Assembly (NCBI GenBank): GCA_017396225.1
Contig: JAFQMP010000073.1
Location: forward strand, 1,897-65,896
From: Clostridia bacterium
Lineage (GTDB): Bacteria; Bacillota; Clostridia; Oscillospirales; CAG-272
DNA: 64,000 bases
Direction: 5' to 3'
Position numbers and translations under genes: made by a program. The notes under the pieces are model-generated. The model ran no database searches. It was not told the DNA's origin and was given only the letters and a program-made list of their open reading frames with translations. Positions 63,929-64,000 of this stretch are shown in pieces (positions within the stretch are counted from its first letter, which is position 1; every line of letters begins with the position of its first letter).

Positions 63929-64000
63929 TGGGATGTCGCCAAGCGGTAAGGCACCAGACTTTGACTCTGGTATTCGTAGGTTCGAATCCTGCCATCCCAG
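63929..64000 (+). tRNA. tRNA-Gln (anticodon UUG), ends at the window edge
   Basis: Acceptor stem TGGGATG/CATCCCA. Anticodon stem-loop CCAGA-CTTTGAC-TCTGG. T-arm GGTTCGAATCC. Very similar to E. coli tRNA-Gln(UUG). The window ends at discriminator G. Confidence 0.9.

Noticed and set aside
1-64000. Search for CRISPR arrays, IS elements or transposases, integrases, rRNA genes, retron or DGR components
   Set aside because: No regularly spaced direct repeats, no DDE or serine/tyrosine recombinase-like ORFs, and no reverse-transcriptase motifs were seen anywhere in the window.

Overview
64-kb chromosomal segment of a moderately GC-rich, anaerobic, spore-forming Firmicute. The Clostridia-type gene set includes spoVT, spoVAC, CotF-like genes, nrdDG and a T-box leader.

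- **1-7.6 kb:** head/packaging module of a prophage-like element on the minus strand (small and large terminase, portal, Prp-like protease, scaffold, capsid). It faces a divergent XRE/ImmA switch and is followed directly by glpK. The capsid gene is missing from the supplied ORF track and was recovered by hand translation.
- **9.2-22.5 kb:** one tightly packed 13.3-kb minus-strand operon. It encodes a giant solute-binding protein, two MalF/MalG-type permease pairs, an NHL-TPR-Yip1 membrane protein and a 1229-aa secreted protein. No ATPase, regulator or recognisable glycosidase is present.
- **23.2-29 kb:** mglBAC, then nadE.
- **29.1-36.9 kb:** a single 2619-aa beta-helix-repeat secreted protein with its own near-consensus promoter.
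- **37-64 kb:**
  - an rnhA / DtxR-like / 2x CNNM operon, then spoVT
  - a minimal polysaccharide locus (O-antigen-ligase-like, fused BY-kinase, CapD-like)
  - nrdDG, then prfC
  - a DUF1292 gene followed by a ~290-nt structured non-coding stretch, then an AraC remnant
  - nagB plus a phosphohexomutase
  - a Cys T-box leader with cysE-cysS
  - three lipoprotein genes and an AlbA_2-type ATP-binding regulator
  - a CotF-like pair, spoVAC and tRNA-Gln

No CRISPR array, transposase, integrase or rRNA was seen. Many long ORFs in the track are antisense shadows of real genes. All family assignments come from motifs recognised by eye and from synteny, not from searches.
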